This document shows, piece by piece, positions 46,359 to 58,389 of a stretch of DNA of 64,000 nt. Every line of letters begins with the position of its first letter. Positions within the stretch are counted from its first letter, which is position 1. A program made the position numbers and the translations under genes. This DNA is from Psammoneis japonica (lineage: Eukaryota). The notes under the pieces were generated by a model that saw nothing but the letters and a program-made list of their open reading frames with translations, searched no databases and was not told the origin of the DNA. The stretch is from the NCBI GenBank assembly GCA_008632985.1, contig QPGO01000037.1:1-64000 (forward strand). The letters are read 5' to 3'.

Positions 46359-47493
46359 TTAAGCATCGGTGCAATTACATTCAAATAGCTCACAACTGTT
46401 GGGTGTGCCGCAACGCTTCTCGATGGGAAGAGCTTTAAGATGGCGGGCACGACCTCCAGCATTTGCGCTATTGTCGCATGATCCATCTATTGGTAAAGTA
46501 TAGCACTGGCATGAGCATCCAGACGTCGTACAAGTAGTGCCATCAAGGCACCGTTCCGGCGGGCACTCCTGTGACGGACACTTGCGGTTGCACATTTCAG
46601 CGCTGACGAGAATATACTGGTAGGGTGGCCCTGAAAAAAAATCTTGGTAGGCCGCGGTGGAACAAGCAAGTCCATTCACTTCAACATACCCTGGACTAGT
46701 GGGATCATCAAAGTTCGGGATGTGATGAGTGAATTGAATGTCAAGAGTGGGGTAAGCCCCTTGGTTCACGAAATTTTTATGAGCACCGCATGCTGTGACA
46801 TCATTGAATACAACAGACGGCAGCTTGCTTGGCGAGGAGGTTGATACCTGGATATTTGTGGGATGATCCAGAATCATAACATTGTTCAGGGTGACGTCAG
46901 TATCCGTACTGATAATTAGTCCTCGATTGGCATTGCCCAAAGCCTTTGTGTTCTCAACGATACCAGCAAAGGCATTAAGAACCATGCCTTCCTGATTATC
47001 CAAGAATTCGGAGTCCATAACCTTAAAGTTGTTTTGATGGAGGACATTCAGCCCGTTGATGTATCCACTAACACTGCAATTTTTCACCGTCACTCCATTG
47101 GCTCTTATCACGATTCCATTGTAGCCACCACGGCTACTACCGCCATTCATCAAATCACGAGTCCCCAACAAGGAAAAGCCATTGCAATCTAGCGTCACGT
47201 CGTTCTGTGTAATTTTCAATCCTCCATCACCAATGCAGTGTTCAACTAGGGTTGTGTCTTCTGTGATCAAAAATGGGTCCCCATTCGCATTACCACAAGT
47301 GACATCAAGCGCATCAGCTTGATTCTGCTAAAAAAAAAAAGAACGATGCACAATCAACATCAAAGCGGGAGTGGGCCACAACTGAATCGAGAGTTACAGG
47401 CTGCAGTGTCACTCAATGTATGCTGACCTGTATTGGGGGGCGGGAGGAAGATAGGAGTAACGTAACGAGCAGAGCTGTTTTCGTAAAGACCAT
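46359..47493 (-). CDS. Secreted right-handed parallel beta-helix (pectin-lyase-like fold) protein; exons 47428-47493 and 46359-47327
   Basis: Signal peptide MVFTKTALLVTLLLSS and an in-phase GT..polyT-AG intron. VTLDCNGFSL, GI.I.ANGVTVKNC.VSG motifs; Cys-rich C-terminus. Confidence 0.8.
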
Positions 47494-47765
47494 TTTTGTT
47501 TTCGCGCTTCTTTTCTTGTGGGAAAGCGAATTCCAACAATCCACGAATCTGCGATGTCGGTCGGGCTTCGGGTCGGTGACACATCGCAAAACTTCCCTCC
47601 GAGAGTATTGTAACGTGAGTCAACTGGTGACGGCCAGACTAGCCGAAAAAAATCTTGCAACTTTCAACAACACACACAACACATCAAACATTAGGTTATG
47701 TACTTCTAATAGTGCTATTCTCAGCGTCTCGCATTGATACTATATATCTTTTACATCACAGCAAC

Positions 47766-49619
47766 ATGTCAGGAAAAGAGGCGATTGCGTTTGTGTTGGA
47801 TTCGTCACCGTCCATGATGACGCCGTATCCCTCTGCTTCGGACGATGATCCTTCGTCGTCGACACGCTTGTCGTGTGCAAAATCCGCCTTGGTGGGGATG
47901 CTGAGTAATCTCATGATTCAATCCAAAACCAATCAAGCCGGTGTCGTGGTGGTCAAGACGCGTCAGACAAGTCATTGTATGGAAGTTCTTGACGACAACG
48001 ACAATGTTCCATACACAAACGTGACGGAATTAACAACGAGTAGCGTCAACAGCATCAACCGACCGACCGTGGAGTTGTTGCGTGCGGTAGACAAGGTCCA
48101 ACCGACGCTTTCCGCTGACGAAATCAATACTGTCGGTGGTGACTTGTGTGTCGGATTGACCGTGGCGGCCGATGCTCTGTACAGAAGTACCTTTGGAAAG
48201 AAATTCAAACAGCGGCGCATCGTTGTCTTTACCGATGCCGACGGACACCATTTGCGAGTTGATCCGCAAGAAATGTTGCACATTATCGAAGGACTCCGAG
48301 AAATGGAATGCACACTCACTGTGATTGGTTTGGATTTTGACGAATCCGCCGAATTCAAATACGCTGCAACAACAAGTTTGAGCGAAACACAACAAGCAGA
48401 AAACGAGCAAGAAGAAGCCGGTAGCGATACTTCTGAAGGCAACGATCAAGAAGAGAAAGATGCAGCTGAAGAAGTGCAAGATGACGAAAATGATAATGAC
48501 TCTTCAATTACAACCTACACGAAAAAGAAAGACATTGAAAAGCTCTTGATTCGTTTGGCACGGCTCACGGGTGGCAGCGTCATTGCCGCATCCACCATGC
48601 AGCAAGTGCTGGATTCCACTCTGGGCAAGCGCATACCAAAGTCGACTCGGAAAAAGATGGAACTGCGTGTGACACCCGATCTTGTTGTGGATGCTCGCTT
48701 CTCGCTTCTTCTCTCCAAATCGAACATTCCCTCGCTCAAAAAGCAGGCCGTCCTGCTCGATGACGACAAGCAGCCCATGGTGAATGGTTTGGGACAGGAA
48801 ATGCGAAACGAAATCGCCACTGTAACGAACCATTTGGATCCAGACAATCCCATGGAACATGTCAAGTATGAACACTTGACACAGGGCTATCGCTATGGAT
48901 CGGATTGTGTACCACTAGGTGTCTTGGACAAGTTTGGGTTGCAAAACCATTCTCCGTGTTGTATCAACATTATGGGGTATACCGATGTCGATAACGTTCC
49001 CATGCGTTATAGCATCGGCCCACCCTACATTGTATCAGGAGCAGACTCGCGACGAGCCTGTGTGGCAATCTCCTCCTTGGCACAAGCCTTGCAACGGTTG
49101 AAACGAGTGGCACTCTGTACCTTTGTCAAGACCAAAAACGCCGATAAGATTCTGGGAGCGCTCTTTCCGCATACCGAGGAAACGGACGAAAAAGAAGCAA
49201 CCAGCAGCAACGTTGCATCGCGCCTCGTGTTTCTCCAGCTCCCCTTTGCCAATGACGTGACAAAGCTTTCCATGCCCTCGATGGATGAGTTTGTCAAGGA
49301 CGAACACAAGACTGTCTGTCACGACTTGATTGATTCACTCATGCTGCCAGCAGACTCGCTTTGCAGCGAACGCATTGCTAACCCTGCCATTCGAGCCTTT
49401 CATAAAACAGTCATGCACCGTGCCATTGACCCATCCGCGCCGATTTCTCCGTTTCGCAGTTCAAAGGAAGATCCCATGTCCACACCAAGGTCTGTTTTGG
49501 AACGTTCGAAAGGTCATGTGGATGCGTTTCGAAAAGCGTTTCCTCTGGAAAAACCGCAAGAAGAATCCACCGAAAGTGGTAGGCCAAAGAAGAAGCAAAG
49601 GTATTGGCTTGGGCATTAG
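47766..49619 (+). CDS. KU80: Ku80 (XRCC5)-like NHEJ protein
   Basis: vWA start KEAIAFVLDSSPSM, RRIVVFTD, GYRYGSDCVP, AISSLAQAL, LQLPFANDV and NPAIRAF..TV..RA. Confidence 0.88.
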   Translation: MSGKEAIAFVLDSSPSMMTPYPSASDDDPSSSTRLSCAKSALVGMLSNLMIQSKTNQAGVVVVKTRQTSHCMEVLDDNDNVPYTNVTELTTSSVNSINRPTVELLRAVDKVQPTLSADEINTVGGDLCVGLTVAADALYRSTFGKKFKQRRIVVFTDADGHHLRVDPQEMLHIIEGLREMECTLTVIGLDFDESAEFKYAATTSLSETQQAENEQEEAGSDTSEGNDQEEKDAAEEVQDDENDNDSSITTYTKKKDIEKLLIRLARLTGGSVIAASTMQQVLDSTLGKRIPKSTRKKMELRVTPDLVVDARFSLLLSKSNIPSLKKQAVLLDDDKQPMVNGLGQEMRNEIATVTNHLDPDNPMEHVKYEHLTQGYRYGSDCVPLGVLDKFGLQNHSPCCINIMGYTDVDNVPMRYSIGPPYIVSGADSRRACVAISSLAQALQRLKRVALCTFVKTKNADKILGALFPHTEETDEKEATSSNVASRLVFLQLPFANDVTKLSMPSMDEFVKDEHKTVCHDLIDSLMLPADSLCSERIANPAIRAFHKTVMHRAIDPSAPISPFRSSKEDPMSTPRSVLERSKGHVDAFRKAFPLEKPQEESTESGRPKKKQRYWLGH

Positions 49620-49633
49620 ATTTTCGCCACAAG

Positions 49634-51038
49634 CTAAATGTCATCATCGACAAGTGCGTGCATCCGTAGCGCTCTTCCAAGGGTGGTTGTAGCTGGGCAT
49701 GTTTTCTTGAAGAGCAAGGAGTGGATTCTTGCCACGTACAAGGGGTGATAAAGGTCGTGGAGTGAAACACTATACGTCGCGGCCGCTTGTAGCTCTGGCT
49801 TTGGTCCGACTGGCCCATTGACCTTGTGGTTTGGATGTTTTAGTTTTTCCCAGTAGGCTACTTGCTTTCCGTAAAAGGACTTGTGTCCTCCTCCAGAATG
49901 TACTGTAAATAGCGTGTTTGGATCCACTCCATGGTATTGCTGTTCACCCGTTTCTATGTCTCGTGTATCGCCCCCGACAATACTCAAATCTCGAAAGCAA
50001 TTTGAGATCATTCGATCTTCGTGTGAAACCTTGGCGTGTGGACTGCATCGCGGAAAGCCCTCGTTTACGATCATTTTCAGCGCAGCTCGATTGAGAGTAT
50101 ATCCTGGTCGACCTGTAACCATGTAGGAAGAGGCTTTGTCTCTGGCCCATTCACCAAGAAAGAGAGGATCGGTTGCATTCGTTTGTGTAGCCGTAATCCC
50201 CGCCAAAAAGTACCGAAAGTTTTCAACAATCATGTACAAATCATCACCACCCAAATGAAAGAAATCATAGTCTTTCTCATAATTGTTGTAAATATACGAC
50301 CAAATGCTCCGCGTTTTCTGCCACATGTTGTTGTAACTCTCTTCGCCCTCGTGCAACAAATCACCAAACCCAAAGCAGGGACCGTCTCGGTGGAGAATGC
50401 CAAGAACCCATCACACTTGTACCCCCATGATAACGCAGTGGTTCGCAGCAAGTCATGCATTGAGGATACGTGTATATCCCACAAAAAATTCTAAGTCGTC
50501 TTGCAGAATCATCATTGTGTATGGCTTCCTTCCAAATTTGGATCTTTTCCATCAAGAGTTTGTAGCCTCCATCTTTTTCAAAGCCACGACCAGGGCCCAT
50601 GGCACAAACATACTCTGCAGACAGGATTTCTCTTTTCGTTTCCGTCGTGTTGCGGATATCAGTCTGATAATTCTGCAAGAGATTCCAATACGTTGTATCG
50701 TTTATCGTGCGGCCCTGATTGTTTCCTCTCAAGAAGAAATCTTCAACTCCGCGACGCAGAGCTGTTGGGTCAGCAACGTAACCAAGAGTTCCATTCGAGT
50801 ATCGAGCTCCGGCATGAGGGTGTGGTTTCAGAAACGACTCGAATCCTGCAACGTCCTTTTTCTTTTCTGCTGGTTTTTCGGTTGATGGCCTCGGCGTGAG
50901 TTCTTCTGGATGAAGAAGTTGTGTGGTGCTGTTCAGAATTACGTTCTTCAATAGCGGAACATAGAATAATAACGCCACAAACGCGAGAAAGGGATATATC
51001 AACCAACATCGCAACTGTCGATTCATCATCTGCCGCAT
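49634..51038 (-). CDS. Core-1 beta-1,3-galactosyltransferase/Fringe-like GT31; two apparent frameshifts near 50470 and 50360
   Basis: Type II anchor, RIFCGIYT, SWGYKCDGFLAFS, HEGEESYNNMWQKTRSIW, YDFFHLGGDDLY and EDRMISNC spread over three frames. Confidence 0.85.
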
Positions 51039-51204
51039 TACTATTGCCGAAAAACAATGGCCTGTTGCTAGGAATCGACCGTCGTCATTGGCAAAACGTG
51101 AATGTGAATTTTTGAAGCCGAGATAGATAGATCTTGATGCCATCGATGTCGGTCCGTCGTCCGAGCATTCGATGCGTCCCTCCACGCTGTGAATTTCATT
51201 CAAG

Positions 51205-52700
51205 CCTCTGTGCTCAGATGCACACCACCAAAGGTTAGGGCCCTAGATGGGGCCAGAGCTGCAACAAGGAACTCACCTGAAAAGGCCAGCCACGATGGCT
51301 CTTGGTAGCCACAGTGCTTTGCATCCAGCAGCACCCTCGGTGCCTTTGGCTTGCAGCTGTTTGGTTGGCTGGTCTTGTTTTTTGGGAAACAAGGTGAGAT
51401 TGGGCCAGATCAGCAAGAGAGGCACCTTGCAAGACGAGCCAAACAAGCTCTCAAGCCACTGCCTTGTGTCTGTTAGTGCAGAAGGCAAAATGCCCCCCCT
51501 TGGTGCATGTCTGGCTTCAGCTTGCAGCGTGGTTTTCTTGCCTGGCTGGCCCTCTTGTTTTCTGAGATCAAGGTGAGACTGGGGCCAGGTCTGCAAGAGA
51601 CTCACTTTGCAAGATGAGCCAAACATGGCTCTCAAGCCACTGCCTTGTGTCTGCCAGTGCAGAAGGCAAAGGAGCCCCCTTGGTGCATGCCTGGCTTCAG
51701 CTTGCAAAATGTGGTTTTCTTGCCTGGCTGGCCCTCTCATTTTCTGAGATCAAGGTGTGAGAGACTGGGGGGGCCAGATCTGCAAGAGACTCACCTTGCA
51801 AGATGAGCCAAAACATGGCTCTCAAGTCAATGCCTTGTGCCTGCCAGCACAAAGAGCAAGAGACACTCCTTGGCACATGCCTGACTTTGGCTTGCAGCAT
51901 GGCTTGGCTGGCTGGCTCTTTTGTTTTGGCACACCCCTCTGCTCTGCAAAAGTGAGGAACGAGTCTGCTGGTCTCAGGTTGCAGACAACCCAGGTGAGGT
52001 TGGGCCATGTCCACTGCAATGCTGGTCTCAGGCTGCAGACAACCCAGGTGAGGTTGGGTCATGTCCGTCACAAGGGGCTCATCTTGCAAGGGTCAAGCAC
52101 AGCTCTCAAGCACCACTGCCTTCTTGTGCCCAGCAGCAGCAAAGGTCCCTCTTGCTTGGATGGCACCCCCCAGCTCTCACAGCTGCTTGGCTGGTCGGTG
52201 GTTGGTTTTGTTTTGGCACCCTTCCACCCTCAAATTTAGATCTGCAGCCCCAGAGATGCCCAGCAGCACAGCAGAGACCCCCGCTGGTGCCGTGGCTTGC
52301 AGCAGCTTGCCAGCTTGCTGTGGTTTCACCTTTTTTCAGTGGCGGCCTTCCACTCCTCAGTTGAAAACGTGAGCACACACACAAACCACAATGCCCGACT
52401 GGATGGTGATTGATTTCTCAACGGACACCCACAAAAACAAACACAACCCACAACAAGACAAGCGACAACAAACCACCACCCAAAACAGAACATTCCATTT
52501 CAACCATTGCTGCAATGCCAAACACTGCAGGTTGCATTAATTCCAAACAATGAGCCCAAAACAAAAACAAAACCATTCTGATTCGACAACATGCATTCTT
52601 GGGAGCAAAGCCAAACATCGGCATGAACGCTTGCTCAACTTTCGAAGCATTGGTGGGTTTGTTGGCCGGGCATTTGTTTCTCACCCATGCGCCATTTGGA
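51205..52700. repeat. Block B core: CpG/TpA-depleted repeat with ~180-bp tandem units and a 54-bp duplication
   Basis: Units beginning caaggtg at about 51390, 51569 and 51751. gctggtctcagg...catgtcc repeated at 51967 and 52021. Confidence 0.85.
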
Positions 52701-53500
52701 GGATCTCATGAAAGTCGTTGCTAGAAAGGTGTGCCAGGTGACTGCACTTTGCCAGGACACAACCACAGAGGTGGAAGGCCCTGGATTTGGATCGGGTGGA
52801 ATTGGTGGCTTCCGGCATCACGACCAAAGAAGAAAGTGAAGGTCAAGGAACAACCGTCGTGCTTGGCAACCCCGGTTACGGCAAAGCACAATTTCAAATT
52901 TTCAAATGTCAGTGGTGAGAAGTTTGTGCAAGCCACCTTTCAGTTCCCCGAGACTCCTCATGGCCCGATGGAAGTGACGTTTGCAGAAGGAGGCTGCACG
53001 ATGGACAAGTTCATCCAAGTGAACCAAACGTTTCAAACCGAAGACGACAATTGCACGTTTGGAGAGAAGATTGCGCTCCAAGGAAAGCCCTTGCGAAAAT
53101 GCATTTTCTCTTTGACCGAGTCCCTGATGATTTTGAGCTCAGGAAAAGGTCCGGGAGTGGAAAAGGTCACAAGATTGGGATGTCAGTTTATCGGACCTAC
53201 GACATTGTGGAAAGCGATGCTGATGCCCCGAAAGGGACAGATTTACGCCGGTTTTTTGGGGAGAAATTACATGTTTGTATTTTCACTGGAAAAATCACTG
53301 ATATTTTAAGCGATGGTAAGACCTTCTTACATGATGTCAACACTTTTGAGGGATGTTCCGGTGCTGTGGTCTTTCTACTTGACCAAAACCAACCAGATGG
53401 CTTCGATACAAGTCTCGCGGGCATGGCAGTTGGAGTCCATTCTGGAGGGGTTGATGTGAACAATAACATTGGATTCAAGCTACCCAGACAAGCACCATAG
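52620..53500 (+). pseudogene. Trypsin-like serine peptidase gene with intact 3' end and degraded, TpA-depleted 5' half
   Basis: VTAKHN (His motif) in one frame; HDVNTFEGCSGAVVF...VGVHSGG in another. Confidence 0.7.
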
Positions 53501-53770
53501 TTGCTACTGTTGGGTGCGGTGTTGGGTGACAAAGATAATACCTGTGACCCTAACAGTATGGAGAATCCACTCCTTAGTGAAAAGATGTATTGGGCGAATG
53601 CTGATGGTACATTAGCAGATACCGGTATTAATCGATTTGATGCGTTATATGTTACTCATCATGGATGTCGAGCCCGTGGACTCCTACTGTAGCGTATGCT
53701 AGCTAGTGTCCTCAATAATTCCCTCAAACTTAAGAGGCGCAAGCTAAGAACGATAGAAGAAAACTTTAAC

Positions 53771-54604
53771 CTAATCTTTGTCGGCCAATTGCTTTTCAAG
53801 ACTCTCCACTTTTTGCTCTAGTTCCTCGATTCTTGGCAAAAGTGCCACCAGGGCGTTCTCAGAATACTTTCCAAGTACATCGACTTCGATATTTACAAGA
53901 CCACCAACCATTTTGGCGGGGATAATGATTTTCTTTTGCGTGTATTCCACCAGCATAAAGGTAAACCATAATTCCTTTTGATTTACCTCGCAAACTGTAA
54001 GAGACGTGCCATCAATAGCCACAAATCCTTTTGGAACAATGTAACGAAGCAATTCAGGCGAAACTTTGATTTTGTAAAAGAGCGAATCCTCGTCAATCCA
54101 GCGATCGATGACTTCACCCACACCATCCACGTGTCCCTGAACAAAGTGTCCCGAGTTTCGACCCCCAATTTCACTGGCTCGTTCTAGATTCACAGCATCT
54201 CCTGGTTTAAGGGAACCGAGATATGTTTTTCTCAACGTTTCGGGCGCAAGACCAACTGTAAATGTATTGTCCTCGTGCAGCGACGTTGCCGTCAAACACA
54301 CGCCACTGACACAGATACTGCAGCCCAGATAGGCTCCATCCAAGACCACTTGGCCCTCCACAGTGAGTTCGGTACCATGTCCTTTGGATCCATCCCACAA
54401 GGGCATGTCATTGCGTTCTTCAAGAGCCACGACGGTCCCCATTTCTTCGACAATCCCAGTAAACATGTGACGACGAGACCAAGTAGTAGTGTCTCTGCTT
54501 TTTGATGTGGATAATACCCCAAGAGGTGAAAACGCGGTCGTCCTTTCCAGACTAGCACATAAAACGGCAATTACAACACATTTTAGTATACGGCAAGATA
54601 GCAT
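53771..54604 (-). CDS. ribE: Riboflavin synthase (alpha chain), plastid-targeted
   Basis: Signal peptide ending TTA-F, then MFTGIVEE, SICVSGVCLT, VNLERA, GHFVQGHVDG, KGFVAIDGTSLTV and VNIEVD. Confidence 0.96.
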   Translation of the reverse strand: MLSCRILKCVVIAVLCASLERTTAFSPLGVLSTSKSRDTTTWSRRHMFTGIVEEMGTVVALEERNDMPLWDGSKGHGTELTVEGQVVLDGAYLGCSICVSGVCLTATSLHEDNTFTVGLAPETLRKTYLGSLKPGDAVNLERASEIGGRNSGHFVQGHVDGVGEVIDRWIDEDSLFYKIKVSPELLRYIVPKGFVAIDGTSLTVCEVNQKELWFTFMLVEYTQKKIIIPAKMVGGLVNIEVDVLGKYSENALVALLPRIEELEQKVESLEKQLADKD

Positions 54605-54900
54605 GGTGGGTTGCAGTCGCAAGAGATTCAACACAACGATTGTGAAGACGCGTGTCGCAATTTTGATTTTTGATTTTTGTGAAGGGGGAGCACGTACGTA
54701 CGCCTCACGCCTCGCGGACGCTGGAGGTTCCAACGCACAGAGGACAGACGCGTTTCAATCATGCCAGTTTAGTTTACCGTATGTAGTCGGGGGGATCGAT
54801 TTTGCGGAGAAACGTCAAAAACGCCAAAAACAGCAAACTGCAAAAAATAATCTGCAAAACTCATCAACCATCAACACTCTCTATTATTGACAACACCAAC

Positions 54901-55586
54901 ATGAGCGATCTTGCCCCATTTGTTGCTGCTACTCTTCGAGACAAGGTCGTCGAAGATCTTTTAGAGGAGAACAAGCGCCTCCGGAAAGAGATTCAGGAAA
55001 ATGCAAAAGAACAGAACGAAATTCTTGCCGATGAGGCAATCGGGGCAACGACCAATCACTTCGCATTGCGGTTGCGGGTCCCGCTGTAGAAGGCCAAAAA
55101 TGTGTCGTTTACGCAACTCAGCCCTTGGCCCCGATTTCAACGTCGAAATTTTGGACAATCAATGACTGCACTTTGGGCGACTTGTCTGACGCCCGAATTT
55201 TTGTAAACGGCGACGATTGCGGATCTTTTCTGGGGGAGGGTAAAATTGGCTTTGTTCTGAACATTGACTTTACATCCTATAACAACGAACCGCCTCGCAA
55301 AGAGATCAAGTCTCTTGATGACATTGATCTCCCATCTGGAAGCAAGGACTTTGCGCAATTCTCTGTTTCGGAATTCCGCTACGGGGCTGGTCTCATATTC
55401 TTTGAACTCAAGGGCGTTCCAAAGCATAAATGGTTTGAGCTAGCTGAGATCGACTTGAATGAGTACCTCGCTGCACCATTCGAAATTGACATATTGACAG
55501 TGAGCTTCTCGTTGGGTGAGCTCATTGAGTTCTTTGGCGCCGAGACTGAGGTCTTATTTCTGGATGCAGATGACATCTTTCGCTGA
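54901..55586 (+). CDS. Hypothetical protein of the diatom MSDLAPFVAA family; frameshift near 55040
   Basis: MSDLAPFVAATLRDKVVEDLLEENKRLR continues in another frame as QSLRIAVAGP...VVYA... into ORF 55125-55586. Confidence 0.6.
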
Positions 55587-56059
55587 CTGGTTTCAATGCG
55601 TGATTTGGTGTAACGCGGTACATCAGAGAACAGAGCAACATGGCTCCAGGTCTTTGTAGGATCCCAAACACTGACACTTTCATGGAGAGAGAGTTATTAA
55701 TGGCACTTGTGTGCGTTGATTCGCAATGAGAAAGTGACTTTGAGTTTCTCTTAGCTGGCTCCCAAAGTCTTCAGTATGGAAAAAAGTTACGCGTCATCTT
55801 CTCGTTCGTATTGTCTGTGTCATGTAGGACTGTTTCGTTCCGACCGTTAAATTTACAGTTACGAGCACAAATGAGCATGGAAAGTATACGTGGCTGTATA
55901 ATGTGACGAATTGCACACGAGTTGTTGAGAACTTGGCGAGAGACAGATAGCAGCCACACTGCTAGATTCTGTTGACGAACATCTGACGCATTCTACACAT
56001 CGTCTACGCAATTGGCTGGCCATGGTTAGGCCAATGTTCAAATCAAGCATTAGAGAAGC

Positions 56060-57500
56060 AAAACGGCTTGCTGCCAGAGGCAAAAGAACCATTGCAAGTT
56101 GTTTCGGGGCGTGGCATCACACACCCTCGGGTGATGCCGATCCTGGCTGATCGCCATGTGCTCCTGCCGCACTGTTGGTGCACTGGGGATGTGGGTTAGC
56201 TTGTTGCCGGAGTTGCAAGGTGGAAGCACAGCAGCACTTTAAACACAGAGTTTTGGCTTTGTTTTGCCTGCAGTCCACTGTCTCACAATTCGCGATGACA
56301 CTTGTTTTGCTGCCCATGTCGACATGTTCCAGGTCTAGAGGTGGGACCTTGTGCTGCTGAACTGTGACATCGACAGTTTTTTTAATCGCGTCACATGTCG
56401 CGCACGCACATTTCTGCATGATTTTGGCAAAATTTTGTGTCATTTTACAGTGCAGTCATCAGGCGATCCATTCAACAACTTTTGACATTTTTTTCTTCTA
56501 CGCCATTCTCGAGTGTTTAAAGAATGGTGCAGGGCAGGCATCATCCAAAGCTTTGAGTGTGCACAGGGACATGTGTGCTGCAAACTTGGCCATTTGTTTT
56601 TTGTCGAAGACAAACAAATTCATTGACCAGAGTGCGAACCACAGAGCTCGCACGTAGAATTCTACGGGGCAAATGTCACAAAAAGTCCCGGTGTGCCACC
56701 TCTGGGACTGGAACCCGTCTGTCATTGTCATTGCTGTTTGTTGTTGCTGAGAGCGCCTCTTTCACAAACCCTGGCTGCAGAAAGTGCAAGAGTGCTTGAA
56801 GTGTGCATGGAGCAGCCAATGACAAAGAAGATGTTTGTGCTCAGTGCCACAGCATTGTGACCTCAGATGGAGCACACAAGCTTGAAACAAAATCAGAAGG
56901 GCATTGAAGCTGAAGTTGACAAGGCAATGCCTTGAACATCATGGGCATGATTGCAATGTTGCTCTTTTAAATTTGGGCCTCCAGCTGAGTTTCTGCTCAG
57001 CCCAGATCCTGTTTTCTCTGTTTTTTCCAAAATGTCATGAGTGGGCATGAAACTCATGGTGTGTGCAGCACACATGCAAAGTTTGCTGCACCAATTGTGT
57101 GTGTGTGTTGAATGATCAAGTGCAAAGAGACAAACCCAACAGTGTTCTTCAATGTGTGGTTGCAAAACAACAGAGCTGTGGCCCAGATGTTTGAAAGAGC
57201 CACACACAGAGCTTGTGCAGCACATTTTTTGCCAAAGCAAGGGTGTTTTTTTTTCCTCGTCAGTGTCAATTGTTCCCACACACTCGCTTTTGGGGAAAGA
57301 CAATGGTTTTTGTTCAAAATGCATCTGCAGAGTTCACACCTGAACTCCACAACTCCACCAATGCAGGGGGGGGTGCTGCTGTTGGCCACCCAGCCACAAG
57401 CTTCAAAATGTGCTTCACTGCCAAAACTCTGCACCAAAAAAGGCACTTCAGAAACATGAAAAGAAAAAAAAAAATTTCATGCAAAATTGAGTCGTGAATC
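56060..57500 (-). mobile_element. Block C: CpG/TpA-depleted decayed element, possibly a MULE/Mutator-like transposase
   Basis: Composition as in block A. Remnants LFALDHSTH (cf. MULE ..LDGTH), EKNRENRIWA, and a SWIM-like VDC...KT.C..C....Q.NP.P. segment. Confidence 0.5.
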
Positions 57501-57708
57501 CAGTCGTGTTTCATGACTGAGCATCGCCGACTCACCCGACTAGTTTAATTTTGTGACGTCATCACTCCGCTGAGTCGTCGTCGTCGACGAAAAAGCAAGC
57601 AACATCGTCGTGCTCACAATGGTCTCATCCGACCTCGATGTCGCCGCTTCTGAAAGACTTTGGATCCCATTTATAGCACTGTCACAAAGATAAAGAGAAA
57701 CAGAAAGA

Positions 57709-58389
57709 ATGAGAAGTTATTACAATCGAAGCTTCAAGGCAATAGTGATGAAATCTCAATTAAGTCATCGACGTTCTGTCGAAGCACCAGCACGAGCATT
57801 TTACTTTACAAACACGGAATCAATGAAAAAAGATGATCCATATGCTCAACTCGGACTTACATGGGGCGCAACCACTAGTGAAATCAAGGAGGCCTTCAAG
57901 CAAAAGGCGAGAGACTTGCATCCAGATGTCAACACAACCGATGAACCACAAGTGGCGCTGAGAAAGTTCCAAACGGTGCTTCGTGCTTATAGCCAGCTGA
58001 TGCAAACCAAAGGAGGCTTGCCTCATGATGACGAAGCTATGGAACAATGGTCGTTTTCGGTGTGGAGAAAGGGTGATATCATTGCTCAAGATCGCACCGA
58101 CGTGGCTGGTGTGGCACGCAAGCGCCCGGTTCAGCCGGCCAGTAGCCAGACCAACAAGAACTGGGGCATTGCAGCCTTGGGGCATCCGAATGGAGGAGGC
58201 AATCGCGTTCGTCGAGCAGAGTATCTAGGAGATGGAAAAGGACCACGATCTTCAACGGTTGGTACGGGACAAAGCAAGTGGGTAACACGAAAAGAATTTA
58301 AGCCTTGGAACCCCGATGAAGCACAACTGAAAAGGGCTCAACCTTCGAAACGAACCGTACAAGCGCCTTCTTGTGCCAAAGGACTGTAG
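57709..58389 (+). CDS. DnaJ (J-domain) protein
   Basis: DPYAQLGL...EIKEAFKQKARDLHPDVN...FQ.V..AY..L. Confidence 0.88.
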   Translation: MRSYYNRSFKAIVMKSQLSHRRSVEAPARAFYFTNTESMKKDDPYAQLGLTWGATTSEIKEAFKQKARDLHPDVNTTDEPQVALRKFQTVLRAYSQLMQTKGGLPHDDEAMEQWSFSVWRKGDIIAQDRTDVAGVARKRPVQPASSQTNKNWGIAALGHPNGGGNRVRRAEYLGDGKGPRSSTVGTGQSKWVTRKEFKPWNPDEAQLKRAQPSKRTVQAPSCAKGL

